This document shows, piece by piece, positions 22,751-32,285 of a DNA stretch of 64,000 nucleotides. Both the position numbers and the translations under genes were made by a program. This DNA comes from a virus: the IMG/VR virus record IMGVR_UViG_3300028610_000244, positions 33,869 through 97,868 of that record; one strand, given 5' to 3'. The notes beneath the pieces are model-generated. The model saw only the letters and a list, made by a program, of their open reading frames with translations, was not told where the DNA came from and searched no databases. Every line of letters begins with the position of its first letter. Position 1 is the stretch's first letter.

Positions 22751-25083
22751 GCTGTTTTGAATCCTGCTACCTTGTTCCAGGAGTCACGGCACTCCTCAAG
22801 TGATGGGATAACATAGCATCTTGGATTGGTGCAGAATGAGAGCCCAGTGGCGTATGAAGCTCCCGGTTGCGGGCTGACCTTCACTGTCCTTATGGCAGGA
22901 TGTCCACTAGGTAGAATGCGTGTAAGGAATTTGGTTAAACGGATCATAGAGCATCGGTTCATGTAGGTGCCGGCGTATTGCTTTACGAAGTTGATGAAGT
23001 CGAGGAGCATCTCTTGTTTTGGTAACGCAGTCACCCAGGTTTCGTGACGTGCAAACACTCGGCCCTCATGTAGCTTATCATACCACCACGATTCCTCGGG
23101 GCTGAGGTTGAGTTGTTTCTGTTCGTTCAGGGCGTCAGTGGCGGGGGCCTCACGGAGATTTACGGCCGTAAGGTCCAATGTCATCAAGTGATGCAGCAAC
23201 GCCTCATAGCCGCCGTTGTCCAGCTCGGCTGCGATCTCACCAAAATATTTTGTATCATTGCGATGATCTTCTGCGGTATCGAGGATGAAAAATCGACGGT
23301 CGTCCATTGCAACAGGTACAACCCACTCACTGTTCGAGGCCATCATAAGGTGAATATAGTTCGGAGAAGCTTCGGAGTCGATACCTTTCTGCTCGACAAC
23401 GATGTGCTCCTCTGTGATGATAGCTTTGAGGGTGCCTTCGGCCTTCTTGTCACCAGCAAAGAACGCTTCGTCAGCGAAGAGCATGACTGTGTCTCGCAGG
23501 TGTGCGTTGAACGAACCCACCAGATGCTTTGATTGTGAGATTTGTAGGAAGTGCTGTCCCCATAGCTTGCCGATGGCTTTGGCAAAGAACGACTTGCCTG
23601 TTCCCTGCTTACCCCTCATCACCACTGCGGTGCCACCGGGGTGATTCGGGTTCTGTACTGCATCCGCCAACCATGTCATCAGATAGGTGTAGTGCCCTTC
23701 ATTGCCGAGACAGATGTTGGTCTTGATGTGCTCAAGGAACTTTTCGCAGCTTCCAGGTATGGCCTCACATGTGAACCCACGCCATAGATTGTAGGCTCCG
23801 GCCACTTCCTGTCCGGGCACGAATACAATTGCATCGAATTGCCTGCGGTTATTGTTCTGTAGCCACCACTTACCCATCGGCATGAACTGGTCAGCACCAT
23901 TTTTATCCTCACCACATTTAACTTTGCGGTGCATGTATCGGTTCGTGAAGTCCGCGAAGGTCTGCATCTCCAGCTTCGGTCTATCAAATGCGTAGTCGTG
24001 CTCCTCGGAAATGACTCGGCACTTGCCGCCGACCGAGGCGATGACTGCGTGACGTGCGTTCAGCTCTTTGAGGGCAGGATCAATAGCCCATTCCTTCGAC
24101 CGTTCGATCTGTCGCAAGGCGTAATACTCAGCACGCGATCCAAGAGAGATCACTGATTCAGAGATGGCGAAGTCTGGGTCTGTGATGATGGAGAAGATCA
24201 CGTCATCGGATATACCCGCACGGTGCAGCTCACAACAAACGCAGAACAGCGTCTCTGATCTGGAGTCAAACCGATTCGGATCGTCTGGGTCTCGCCCCAC
24301 GTTGATGAGTACCTTAACCCACCCCTTGACAACCTTTGTGCCCAGCTTGTCCAGCTCATCGAGATCACCTATCCGGGCAACGTTGGATGTATTGACGTTG
24401 GGAGTCAGCTCTGACTTACCTCCGCTAAACCCAGAAGAGGCGGACGTCTGGACTGCTTGTGCAGCGGTGAAGTCTGCTACCGGATATGATGCCGTGGCGT
24501 CGAAATGAATCAGCTCGGCCATGACCTCCTCACGGCCCTTCTTACGCTTCTTCGCATTCGGCCGGTTCATGGTCCCAGGCAGTCGCATGATCCTGCTGAT
24601 GTCGTGACAGTTGTCACCACCGAGCAATATCTCAAGCTGCATGTTGTACCGCTTGGCATCTTCGGCCTTGGCGACGTCACCATCTATCTGTATCGGTTCT
24701 TCGAGTCGCCAGAAGGCTTGGTAGCCGCCACCCGAGAAGATGACACATGTCGGCACAGGCTTGAACCCACGAATCTTCTCAAGGATTCTCGGCTGTTCGT
24801 CAGAGAGCGGTTCACCGGCACGGGGATCAACATCGACGTGTAAATACTCAACTGTTGCAATGTCTTGGCGTGAAGCTTTCTTGGTGACGGCTGCTGTCGT
24901 GGGATTGACTGAGAAGTAAATGTTATGGCCGGGACCATTCTTGGTGAGCCAAGCGTTAACTTTCTTTTCTGCTTTGGCCTCGAAGGTTACAGTGTTGAGC
25001 TTTCCGCCCTCTACTGGAATCGCCGTCAGCACCCACGGTCCGTTCGGCCTGAATTGTTTCAAGAAGTCAAGAGGTAGTGACAT
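22708..25083 (-). CDS. Primase (RepB/AEP-like) fused to an SF3-type helicase (DUF5906-like)
   Basis: HVDVD, SGGGYQAFW, RIMRLPGT.N; Walker A GKQGTGKS, FADEA, MASN, DDRRF. Confidence 0.9.
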   Translation of the reverse strand: MSLPLDFLKQFRPNGPWVLTAIPVEGGKLNTVTFEAKAEKKVNAWLTKNGPGHNIYFSVNPTTAAVTKKASRQDIATVEYLHVDVDPRAGEPLSDEQPRILEKIRGFKPVPTCVIFSGGGYQAFWRLEEPIQIDGDVAKAEDAKRYNMQLEILLGGDNCHDISRIMRLPGTMNRPNAKKRKKGREEVMAELIHFDATASYPVADFTAAQAVQTSASSGFSGGKSELTPNVNTSNVARIGDLDELDKLGTKVVKGWVKVLINVGRDPDDPNRFDSRSETLFCVCCELHRAGISDDVIFSIITDPDFAISESVISLGSRAEYYALRQIERSKEWAIDPALKELNARHAVIASVGGKCRVISEEHDYAFDRPKLEMQTFADFTNRYMHRKVKCGEDKNGADQFMPMGKWWLQNNNRRQFDAIVFVPGQEVAGAYNLWRGFTCEAIPGSCEKFLEHIKTNICLGNEGHYTYLMTWLADAVQNPNHPGGTAVVMRGKQGTGKSFFAKAIGKLWGQHFLQISQSKHLVGSFNAHLRDTVMLFADEAFFAGDKKAEGTLKAIITEEHIVVEQKGIDSEASPNYIHLMMASNSEWVVPVAMDDRRFFILDTAEDHRNDTKYFGEIAAELDNGGYEALLHHLMTLDLTAVNLREAPATDALNEQKQLNLSPEESWWYDKLHEGRVFARHETWVTALPKQEMLLDFINFVKQYAGTYMNRCSMIRLTKFLTRILPSGHPAIRTVKVSPQPGASYATGLSFCTNPRCYVIPSLEECRDSWNKVAGFKTAWQDVPENDDQPPF

Positions 25084-25495
25084 AGTTGATTATTTCCTGT
25101 AAGTCTTTCGTCGTCAGTAGTGCCCACTCGCGGAGCTTCGCTTGGGTGGCTCCGTCCTTCGCCACTTTGCGTGCTGCGGTCTTGGCGTCGAACAGCAGGT
25201 GCTCTCTGGTCTCAGCTACGTACAGAAGCAGATAGGCGATACCATGATCGGTTCCGCGTTCCCGACACGCCATGTGTCGCCGCATAAGCCAAACCCGCTG
25301 TTGCGGTGAGAAGTGTTTGATCTGGACAGTTGTATCCGCTCGCTTCGGCCACTCTTCCCGGAACTTCAACTCAAGCCAGCCGTCGATGTGCTGGACATCT
25401 GGTGTCCCTGGACAAGCTGGATTCTCGACACTGGTTGCATCGAATCCCAGCTTGTTCATCGCCTTAACAAGAACTTGTCTTTGATTCTGTTCCAT
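25067..25495 (-). CDS. VRR-NUC-like PD-(D/E)xK nuclease / Holliday junction resolvase
   Basis: ME...VEN...PGTPDV.....WLELK...Q..W. Confidence 0.75.
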   Translation of the reverse strand: MEQNQRQVLVKAMNKLGFDATSVENPACPGTPDVQHIDGWLELKFREEWPKRADTTVQIKHFSPQQRVWLMRRHMACRERGTDHGIAYLLLYVAETREHLLFDAKTAARKVAKDGATQAKLREWALLTTKDLQEIINYVTTS

Positions 25496-25498
25496 GAA

Positions 25499-25969
25499 CT
25501 ACTCTAGCTCCGCTGGACGACGTTCTCCATTATCTGCCACCGGCTCGTACATCACCAGTGTCACCAGCTCATGTTGTAGGAAGCCGTCATAGACTCGCCG
25601 CATTGTCGCATGGAGGCCGTGATAGGTCTGACACTTCGGGTCATGCTCCAGCTTGAGCAGCGTGCCGTAGTTCATCAGGTCCGCGAAGGACATGACCTTG
25701 ACGTCGTAGATCGTGGCGAGCTGATCTTCATACAGCGGCGGCATTGAGGCCCCACCTGGAGGCGTCCCATCATTGGTGTAATCGTGCGTGTCAGCCGCAG
25801 TGTCTCGAAGATTGACAGTGTCGCCAACCTTGAGATCGCTCCACTTGAGGCCCTTACGAACAGTCAGGTTGATAGCCCTGGGCTTCTCTTCGCCGGGTAT
25901 CTCAACCTTCTCGGTATTATGCACGTTGACTTTGAATAGTAGTGTTCTCATTACATCGAGTCTCCCCAA
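25499..25969 (-). CDS. ASCH/PUA-like domain protein
   Basis: TVRKG....KVGD.V.L...ATI.DV....F.DL....M..+Y......VT.V.Y. Confidence 0.55.
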   Translation of the reverse strand: MGRLDVMRTLLFKVNVHNTEKVEIPGEEKPRAINLTVRKGLKWSDLKVGDTVNLRDTAADTHDYTNDGTPPGGASMPPLYEDQLATIYDVKVMSFADLMNYGTLLKLEHDPKCQTYHGLHATMRRVYDGFLQHELVTLVMYEPVADNGERRPAELE

Positions 25970-27900
25970 CTCCTGCCGATCTCTATGTCCACTTTGGACG
26001 GTACGACCAGCGGTACACAGTCTGTCATTATTTGAGCCATGTCCTTGGCTGTCTTATCCTCATATACAGTTGTACACAATTCGTCATGTATTTGCAACTG
26101 AATTCTGATATCCGCCTCATCTATAAGCACCATCGCCAGCTTCGTCTGATCGGCGGCACTGCCTTGGATCAGGTTGTTCAGGGCCTTACGCTCCATTCCG
26201 GCACCGGGCGGGTAATGAATATGCCGGCCTAAAATTGTTATAATATATTTTCGATTCCAAGCCACCTTCTCGGCCATGTCCTTGATCTCGCCAAGGAAAG
26301 GCACCTTCGCGTTAAACTCCGCCAAGAACGCTCGGCCTTCTGGACCCGCCACTTCTCGCTCAGCTCCACGGATGTTAACCCACTCTGTAGCGAACCCGCA
26401 GGACTTGCACATCTTGGCCTGTCCCATACCGTAGGTTAGGCCCAGGAATACGGCCTTGGCTCGCTTCCTGAGCTTGTCGAACTTCTCTGGATCATTAGCC
26501 TTAATGATGCCGAACGCCATTTCGGTTGTCATGTCGTGCCAATCAAAGCCCTTAAAGAAGCCGTCTACAGCGGCCTGTGTGCCTGCACAGTCTGCGATAT
26601 GTGCGTAGTGGACGAACAGCCGGGGCTCTTGCTGCGAGTAGTCACAGGAGGCCCAGCGGCCTCCCTCGTCCGGCAGGTAGATCGACCGCCACATCTTACC
26701 GAGGACCGGGTGCCTGCTAGGCTGCTGCTGTAGGTTTGGGGCACTGCTGGATAAACGCCCAGGGCCGGCACCTTTGACGTCGTCGGAGTTGTCCTGCTGC
26801 GTGCGGAGCTGGTTAAACGTCGTGTGAATCCTACCCTTGACCTCGTGTTTGCGGACTGACTTCACGAATGTGTTCCGGACCTTGTTATAGGATCGGGCTT
26901 CAAGGATCGCGTTCACCAGCGGCATGTCTTGGTTCGGTTCCAGGAATTCTTTCTTGACACTCGCTTGACCTTCCGGAAACTTTCCGGACGGCTCTGTGCG
27001 GCCGTAAGGAATTTGCTGGACATCCAGGGCCGCTTGTACGAGCTTAGTCTTGTTGATCTGGTCTACCTTAATCCTGATACCTGACTCAGCGTAGATGATG
27101 TCCAGAAACTCTTGCTCCTTAACAATCGTCAAGGCTTCGACCTTGTCAAGCTGATCGAAATCAATCCTGATTCCGCGTCGTCGCATCTTCAAGAGCACCG
27201 GCAATACTCTACACTCCAGATTGTAGATGCCCCAGATGTCCTGGTCATCAATGATCCGCTCTTGCTTCCTGAGAATCTTTAACGGTAATATTGCATCCTC
27301 GGTGGCGTAAGGTCCGACAAACTTCGCCGGCAACCGCCACATGTTTTTCTTCATGTCTTTGTCGGACCAACCATAGGCGGCGGCAGCGTCGGCAAGTAGT
27401 GTTTCATCTTTGCCGAGGAAGCCATATTTCTTCGCCTGCGTCTCAAGGCCATAGGATAGTTGGTTCTCATCAATCAACGGCTCGGCAATCTGAATGTCCT
27501 TGAACGTGGCGTGACGGAATATGATGCCTCGCTCTGCAAGGTAGTCCAAGTCATACTGTAGGTTGGCACCGCAGATTGCTCCGGTAAAGACCGCCGCCTG
27601 ATCCTTCATGTACTGCTCAACATGCTTCGGGTCAAGGTTGCCGCCGCCCTCGTGACGTGTTGGCAGATAGAACGCCGGCCCATCTTCGATAGCAAAACTG
27701 ATCCCACACGTATACCCATCCCGCCGAACTCCTGGGCCTAACGTCGTTAGTGTGGGATCACACCCTTCTGTATCCAGACCGATCCGCGAGATGCCCTGCC
27801 AGGACGGAAGATCGTTCAAATTGGGTGCTGTCCAATCGCTCTCCGGGGAGAACATCGGTTGCTGACCAACATAGTCTATGTATTTTCCTCTACGAGCCAT
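25951..27900 (-). CDS. polA: Family A DNA polymerase with 3'-5' exonuclease
   Basis: Exo motifs LDTE, NLQYD, YATED; GRLSS..PNLQQ, DYSQQEPR (A), KAVFLGLTYGMG (B), IQGSAAD, IHDE (C). Confidence 0.95.
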   Translation of the reverse strand: MARRGKYIDYVGQQPMFSPESDWTAPNLNDLPSWQGISRIGLDTEGCDPTLTTLGPGVRRDGYTCGISFAIEDGPAFYLPTRHEGGGNLDPKHVEQYMKDQAAVFTGAICGANLQYDLDYLAERGIIFRHATFKDIQIAEPLIDENQLSYGLETQAKKYGFLGKDETLLADAAAAYGWSDKDMKKNMWRLPAKFVGPYATEDAILPLKILRKQERIIDDQDIWGIYNLECRVLPVLLKMRRRGIRIDFDQLDKVEALTIVKEQEFLDIIYAESGIRIKVDQINKTKLVQAALDVQQIPYGRTEPSGKFPEGQASVKKEFLEPNQDMPLVNAILEARSYNKVRNTFVKSVRKHEVKGRIHTTFNQLRTQQDNSDDVKGAGPGRLSSSAPNLQQQPSRHPVLGKMWRSIYLPDEGGRWASCDYSQQEPRLFVHYAHIADCAGTQAAVDGFFKGFDWHDMTTEMAFGIIKANDPEKFDKLRKRAKAVFLGLTYGMGQAKMCKSCGFATEWVNIRGAEREVAGPEGRAFLAEFNAKVPFLGEIKDMAEKVAWNRKYIITILGRHIHYPPGAGMERKALNNLIQGSAADQTKLAMVLIDEADIRIQLQIHDELCTTVYEDKTAKDMAQIMTDCVPLVVPSKVDIEIGRSWGDSM

Positions 27901-28342
27901 ACTTGTCAAGGTTCCTTTGTTTGACACCCGTGACGTAGCCAAACCTATCTGCACGCTTGGCAATCCGTCCGACTATGGTGGCCCAGCCTTTATCTGCTCC
28001 GTGGAACTCAACGCCCAGAGCGTGCATTATGTCAAGCACACCAGCGAACGCGGACATCAGCGGATCAAATGTGAAGCACTCCGGCATCTGCGTCGGCATC
28101 CGCTTGCCGAGGATTAGTTCATTCTCATCGTCCAGGTTACAGCTTATTACACCATAATCCGTTTCCTGGTAGAAGCAGCACTGGCGGCAAGTGAACAGCA
28201 CTTGCTTATTCTGCCAGCGGATCGCATCCCGGATCATCTTTCGGAGCGTGTGTTTCAGCTCCGGCCCGGACATCGGCTCGAAGTCCTGATCCTCGTCATC
28301 AACCTCTCTAATTGAAACCTCAACTTTCTTCTTCCGTGTCAT
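27890..28342 (-). CDS. Hypothetical protein with Cys cluster
   Basis: ATGA-coupled ORF; CRQC...C...C. Confidence 0.6.
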   Translation of the reverse strand: MTRKKKVEVSIREVDDEDQDFEPMSGPELKHTLRKMIRDAIRWQNKQVLFTCRQCCFYQETDYGVISCNLDDENELILGKRMPTQMPECFTFDPLMSAFAGVLDIMHALGVEFHGADKGWATIVGRIAKRADRFGYVTGVKQRNLDKYGS

Positions 28343-28731
28343 CTGATCTCCATGACGCTAATTACTCTTACCTTGAATTCTTCTGACTTGAACCCCACAG
28401 ACCCCAATGTCCCAATCTTCTTGGTAGGATCGACACCCGCCGTCCGCTCGATCTGGAGAATGTCACCTACGTCGGGCACGAGACTAACATCCTCGGTACT
28501 CCAACTGATCTCACGTAGAGATGCTTCCCACAACTTCCGCTGTGAGTCACCAAGGTAGATCGCTTGGAGACCGAATGGTATCTCCTGGCATGTCACTCGG
28601 TAGTGTGTGTTGGCCTCTTTCGGTTCCGGTTTGGGAGTCGCCGCATGGCGAATCAGTCCGGTGCCTAGACCTATTCCCGCACCTGTTGCCACGACAGCCG
28701 ATCTGAATAGAAAGTTTCTTCTCGTTATCAT
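28339..28731 (-). CDS. Protein with twin-arginine (Tat) signal-like N-terminus
   Basis: MITRRNFL followed by a Gly/Ala-rich hydrophobic stretch; ATGA overlap with the helicase stop. Confidence 0.65.
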   Translation of the reverse strand: MITRRNFLFRSAVVATGAGIGLGTGLIRHAATPKPEPKEANTHYRVTCQEIPFGLQAIYLGDSQRKLWEASLREISWSTEDVSLVPDVGDILQIERTAGVDPTKKIGTLGSVGFKSEEFKVRVISVMEIR

Positions 28732-29894
28732 CGTGTCACCACCTTTACTTCTTTGGCCGCTCGTGTCACCGCTGTGTACAGCCACTTGTTTCCGTCTGTG
28801 CCGAAGGCTGCTGATTCATCGAAGATCAGCACCTTGTCCCACTCCGAACCCTGGCTCTTATGTACGGTCAACGCATAACCGTAATCAAACTCCTGGGCTT
28901 CCTTCCTGATCCAGAAAGGTATCTGCGTTGGCTCATCTGACATGAAGTGGTGCCGGTGAGCCTCGACGGCTGTATAGTTTGCCTTGCAGTCTGGGTCAAA
29001 GATTATTAGGTCCAGGAACTCATCACCGTCAAAACAAGATTCTGTTTCCCAGATCGCTCCGTTGAGAAGCCCGACTTCGTGATCGTTTCGCAGACACACC
29101 AGCCGGTCGCCCTCTTCGGGTGTCGGTGACTTTCTGCCCAGTAAGGTTCTGATCTTTCGGTTCGTGGCTTTGCGAGTAGCGTTGCGGCCCACGAGTATTT
29201 GGTCGAAGCCCATGACGTCGTCAGGTGTCACTGAACCCCACTCCACAACCATGTCACCGTCCGGCCTGATCCACTCACCCTGCCTGATTCGGGTAGCGAG
29301 CTGGATGATCGGATTGCCTTGAGCCTGTCGGTGAATCTCATCGAGCATAAAGTCGGGCTCTGCTTGGATGAACCATCCGGCTCCGAACACTGGTGGCAAC
29401 TGAGCAGGATCGCCCAGCACGAGTATCTTGGTGCCGAAGCTCATCAAGTCCATTGCCATCTGCTCGTTAACCATAGAACATTCATCGACAATGATTAGGT
29501 CCGCCGTCTTGACAGGTGAATCTTCGTTCAGGACAAAGTTCGGTGAGTTGAGCTTCTTGGTCTCGAACGCGATCTTTTGCTCCAGGTCTGCGATCACCAC
29601 CGGGTCGTCGGTGTTGGCTAACGAAACCTCCAGGTCTTTCAGCTTCTTTTGGCTGCGGTCTTTGGGGCAGTAGATGAGCTGATGAATCGTAAAGGCTTCG
29701 CAACCTTTCTGTCTCAAGACGTAGGCTGCTTTACCAGTGAACGCACAGAACAACGTGGCTCCCGAGGCGGCATACTTGGCAATGGTTGTCTTGCCCGAGC
29801 CTGCAAAGCCGAAGAGGCGGAACACCTGTTGGTCCGAGTGCATCCATCGGCCGATGGCGTCTATTGCCTGCTGTTGTTGTCCCGATAACTTCAT
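28728..29894 (-). CDS. RecD/Dda-like SF1B helicase
   Basis: GFAGSGKT, AFTGKAA, DECSM, GDPAQLPPV, HRQ, YALTVHKSQGSE, YTAVTRA. Confidence 0.92.
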   Translation of the reverse strand: MKLSGQQQQAIDAIGRWMHSDQQVFRLFGFAGSGKTTIAKYAASGATLFCAFTGKAAYVLRQKGCEAFTIHQLIYCPKDRSQKKLKDLEVSLANTDDPVVIADLEQKIAFETKKLNSPNFVLNEDSPVKTADLIIVDECSMVNEQMAMDLMSFGTKILVLGDPAQLPPVFGAGWFIQAEPDFMLDEIHRQAQGNPIIQLATRIRQGEWIRPDGDMVVEWGSVTPDDVMGFDQILVGRNATRKATNRKIRTLLGRKSPTPEEGDRLVCLRNDHEVGLLNGAIWETESCFDGDEFLDLIIFDPDCKANYTAVEAHRHHFMSDEPTQIPFWIRKEAQEFDYGYALTVHKSQGSEWDKVLIFDESAAFGTDGNKWLYTAVTRAAKEVKVVTR

Positions 29895-30037
29895 GCCGGC
29901 CTCTCTACAACAAGTAAATCATAAGGATCGACTAGACCACAGTTACAGCAGATAAAGTGCAGCTCATCATCACTTATGATATTCCTGCCTATTTCTCCGC
30001 AGTTTGGACACTGAGTTGTTAGTTCACGATCTTCCAT
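29891..30037 (-). CDS. 48-aa zinc-ribbon peptide (not in ORF track)
   Basis: Translated by hand: MEDRELTTQCPNCGEIGRNIISDDELHFICCNCGLVDPYDLLVVERPA; ATGA overlap with the helicase start. Confidence 0.65.
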   Translation of the reverse strand: MEDRELTTQCPNCGEIGRNIISDDELHFICCNCGLVDPYDLLVVERPA

Positions 30038-30041
30038 TTCT

Positions 30042-30659
30042 TCACCATGAAAACACAAGGTCTATGATGTACCCATCACCTAGTCCCGCTGCAATGAGAG
30101 CGGCGTCAATGACTTTTCGTTTCTCCTCACCAATCCAGCTTTCCACGACGCTATCGTCACTGGACTCACCAATCGTATATGACCAATGCTCGCCGTTATG
30201 TAGGCCGGCCTTTGTCACGTATTCCCTGTATGCTTCTTTTGCCTCTTCGGGCAGATCACCTACATCCACCCAATAACTTTTGTTGACTATTTCCGGCTCG
30301 TTCCCTCGGCGAGCCACGAGAATGTCCCACCACTGCTCACGATATGCTTCCGTCTTGCCATTGGCGAACTCGTAACCTGCCTCTTCTATAGAGCCTTCAT
30401 CGTAAGGCCACAAGAAATCTGCCCTGTCCTTGGCCCTCTCTGCTGCATCTGCTGCTTTCTTGACGCAGCCGAACGGTTTCTCAACTATCGCAGAGATTGT
30501 CTGGCAAGTCGTGCATGGCCGCTTACTGAAAGAGTGGCCGTCACTGTTTAGAAGGTTTAGTACAGTTTGGCCGAGGATTTCTTTTGTGACCCGCTCTGCT
30601 ATCCCTTCAACCTGCGTCTTAATTTGTTCTGATTGTTCTTTGTTCTTGCACATAATCAA
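30042..30659 (-). CDS. Hypothetical protein (possible two-domain fusion)
   Basis: 205-aa ORF; H.FS.RPC.TC...FGC segment followed by an acidic domain. Confidence 0.6.
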   Translation of the reverse strand: MIMCKNKEQSEQIKTQVEGIAERVTKEILGQTVLNLLNSDGHSFSKRPCTTCQTISAIVEKPFGCVKKAADAAERAKDRADFLWPYDEGSIEEAGYEFANGKTEAYREQWWDILVARRGNEPEIVNKSYWVDVGDLPEEAKEAYREYVTKAGLHNGEHWSYTIGESSDDSVVESWIGEEKRKVIDAALIAAGLGDGYIIDLVFSW

Positions 30660-30667
30660 TACCCCGC

Positions 30668-30712
30668 CACGGAGTCGAACCGCGTATTATCCATACTCAG
30701 GAATCGAACCTG
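30668..30712 (-). other. Two tandem tRNA T-arm-like hairpins
   Basis: CAGG-TTCGATT-CCTG and CGCGG-TTCGACT-CCGTG. Confidence 0.6.
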
Positions 30713-30765
30713 CCGATGCAATTAAGCATAGCGTCCAGCTTGCAGGACCGTCAACCGTCTCCGTG

Positions 30766-30795
30766 AAACGATTGGGCGGGACCGAAGTCCCGCCC
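30766..30795 (-). terminator. Strong UUCG hairpin after the SSB-like gene (terminator or stabiliser)
   Basis: GGGCGGGAC-TTCG-GTCCCGCCC with a weak U tract. Confidence 0.6.
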
Positions 30796-30820
30796 GCACG
30801 CCGGAGGAGAGGGAGGTGTT

Positions 30821-31648
30821 CTAAAATGGTGCGTCTTTGGGATCGCCTGCTTCGCCGCCACCCGCAGTGCTCTTGCTGTGATCGACCTTGGCCTTGCCAC
30901 TGGCGACCTGTTCCTTGAAGGCTTTGCCAGCCGCGAACAAGTCCGTGGTGGGATCAATGAGGCTGTCAACGGGGCTACCGTTGGCCGGCACGATCTTGAA
31001 GTTGTGATAGTCACCCTTCGTGTTCTTCTCAGCGACCGTAGTGATTGTGAGCTTGAACGCATACAGCGGCGGACGACCTTTGACCTGACGCAACGGCGTC
31101 ATAATGCTCTTATATGACTTGATCTTTGTGGAGCTGCACGAGATCATGCAGGGGCCGACGATGTCGCCGTCAGCGTCCAGAAGGATCGCGTAGAACACAA
31201 AGGTCTCGACCAGATCGTGATCGACGCCATCGGCAACCGGCACGTAATATTTGCCGAACTCAGTGGATGCAGCCTGAGCAGCCGCCACGACAGGAGAGTC
31301 GAGGTTATGGGTGCCAACGAACCCACCGCCGTCTTTCTGCTTGTTCTTCCACTCGATGAAGATGTGCTCGGTGTAGCACGGCACGATCTGCACGCCTTTG
31401 TCACCGTCGAAGATTTCGCCGGACGCTGTGTTGTACAGCATACCTTCTTCGGCACCGTCGATATACTCGGCACCCTTTTTCTTGACCTGCGGGCTACCAC
31501 TCTGGAGGATAGCCAGGAACGGAATCGCAAAGTCTTCCGAGCTGGTGCCCTCAAAACCACCGCCGGTATCGTCACCGTACTCGAACGGGAGTGCCAGTGC
31601 TCCGGCTGCTGCTGTCTTTGCTAACGCTTTCTTTTCTTCTGTCGCCAT
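30821..31648 (-). CDS. Putative ssDNA-binding/annealing protein
   Basis: GFE...ED..IPFL.ILQ..SPQ pattern; acidic tail ending DAPF; replication-module position. Confidence 0.65.
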   Translation of the reverse strand: MATEEKKALAKTAAAGALALPFEYGDDTGGGFEGTSSEDFAIPFLAILQSGSPQVKKKGAEYIDGAEEGMLYNTASGEIFDGDKGVQIVPCYTEHIFIEWKNKQKDGGGFVGTHNLDSPVVAAAQAASTEFGKYYVPVADGVDHDLVETFVFYAILLDADGDIVGPCMISCSSTKIKSYKSIMTPLRQVKGRPPLYAFKLTITTVAEKNTKGDYHNFKIVPANGSPVDSLIDPTTDLFAAGKAFKEQVASGKAKVDHSKSTAGGGEAGDPKDAPF

Positions 31649-31670
31649 ACTTGTGTCTCCTCAATATGAA

Positions 31671-32255
31671 CTATTTTTTCGAGCTTGTAATCTCAACGGC
31701 ATCCACACAATGAATGCCGAACACGTCGAAAGGAATCTTCTTACCTTCTTTGAGTTGCCGGACCACAAAGGCTTTCACTGTAGCGGAATGGACGTCCAGC
31801 TCGGTCCGGTTGTTTTTCCAACTTCGTCCAATCAGTCTCAGCAACGCCTCAACCTTGTCGCCCTGGGTCTTATCGAAGTCGATGATAACAGAACGCTTGA
31901 CCATGCCGCCTTGACCGTTCGCATCCAACCACGCAATCGCGGCGGGCTTGCGGGCCTTCGAGATGTTGGTGCGGACTTTGTTCTTGAGTTTCAGCGGCAA
32001 CCCACTGCGGGTCTTTAGCTCAGACATGCCGACCTGCTCAAACAATTCAGGCAACTGCTCCTCAGCGATCTGGCGGTGCTGCTCTACGAGCTGCTTAACT
32101 TTCAGCTCGGCCTTGGCTCTCTCTTTGTCAAGATCGTGCATCTTGTCGGCGAGCACAGAGATTCTACCCAGGATGTCAGACTCGTTCGCGGCTGGGCCGT
32201 CATCGTGTCCGGTATAGTCAAAGGGTAATTCTGCTACTGCTGTTTTCTTAGCCAT
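31671..32255 (-). CDS. Conserved replication-module protein usually paired with the SSB-like gene
   Basis: LP.L....G...A..WL...G.G..VK...VH..T+KAFV...L..G..IP...FG. Confidence 0.65.
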   Translation of the reverse strand: MAKKTAVAELPFDYTGHDDGPAANESDILGRISVLADKMHDLDKERAKAELKVKQLVEQHRQIAEEQLPELFEQVGMSELKTRSGLPLKLKNKVRTNISKARKPAAIAWLDANGQGGMVKRSVIIDFDKTQGDKVEALLRLIGRSWKNNRTELDVHSATVKAFVVRQLKEGKKIPFDVFGIHCVDAVEITSSKK

Positions 32256-32285
32256 CGTCGTCTCCAGTGCTCTCAACTCTCAACT

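Noticed and set aside
30660-30770. Intact tRNA gene
   Set aside because: Only T-arm hairpins are present; no matching acceptor, D and anticodon arms in correct spacing.
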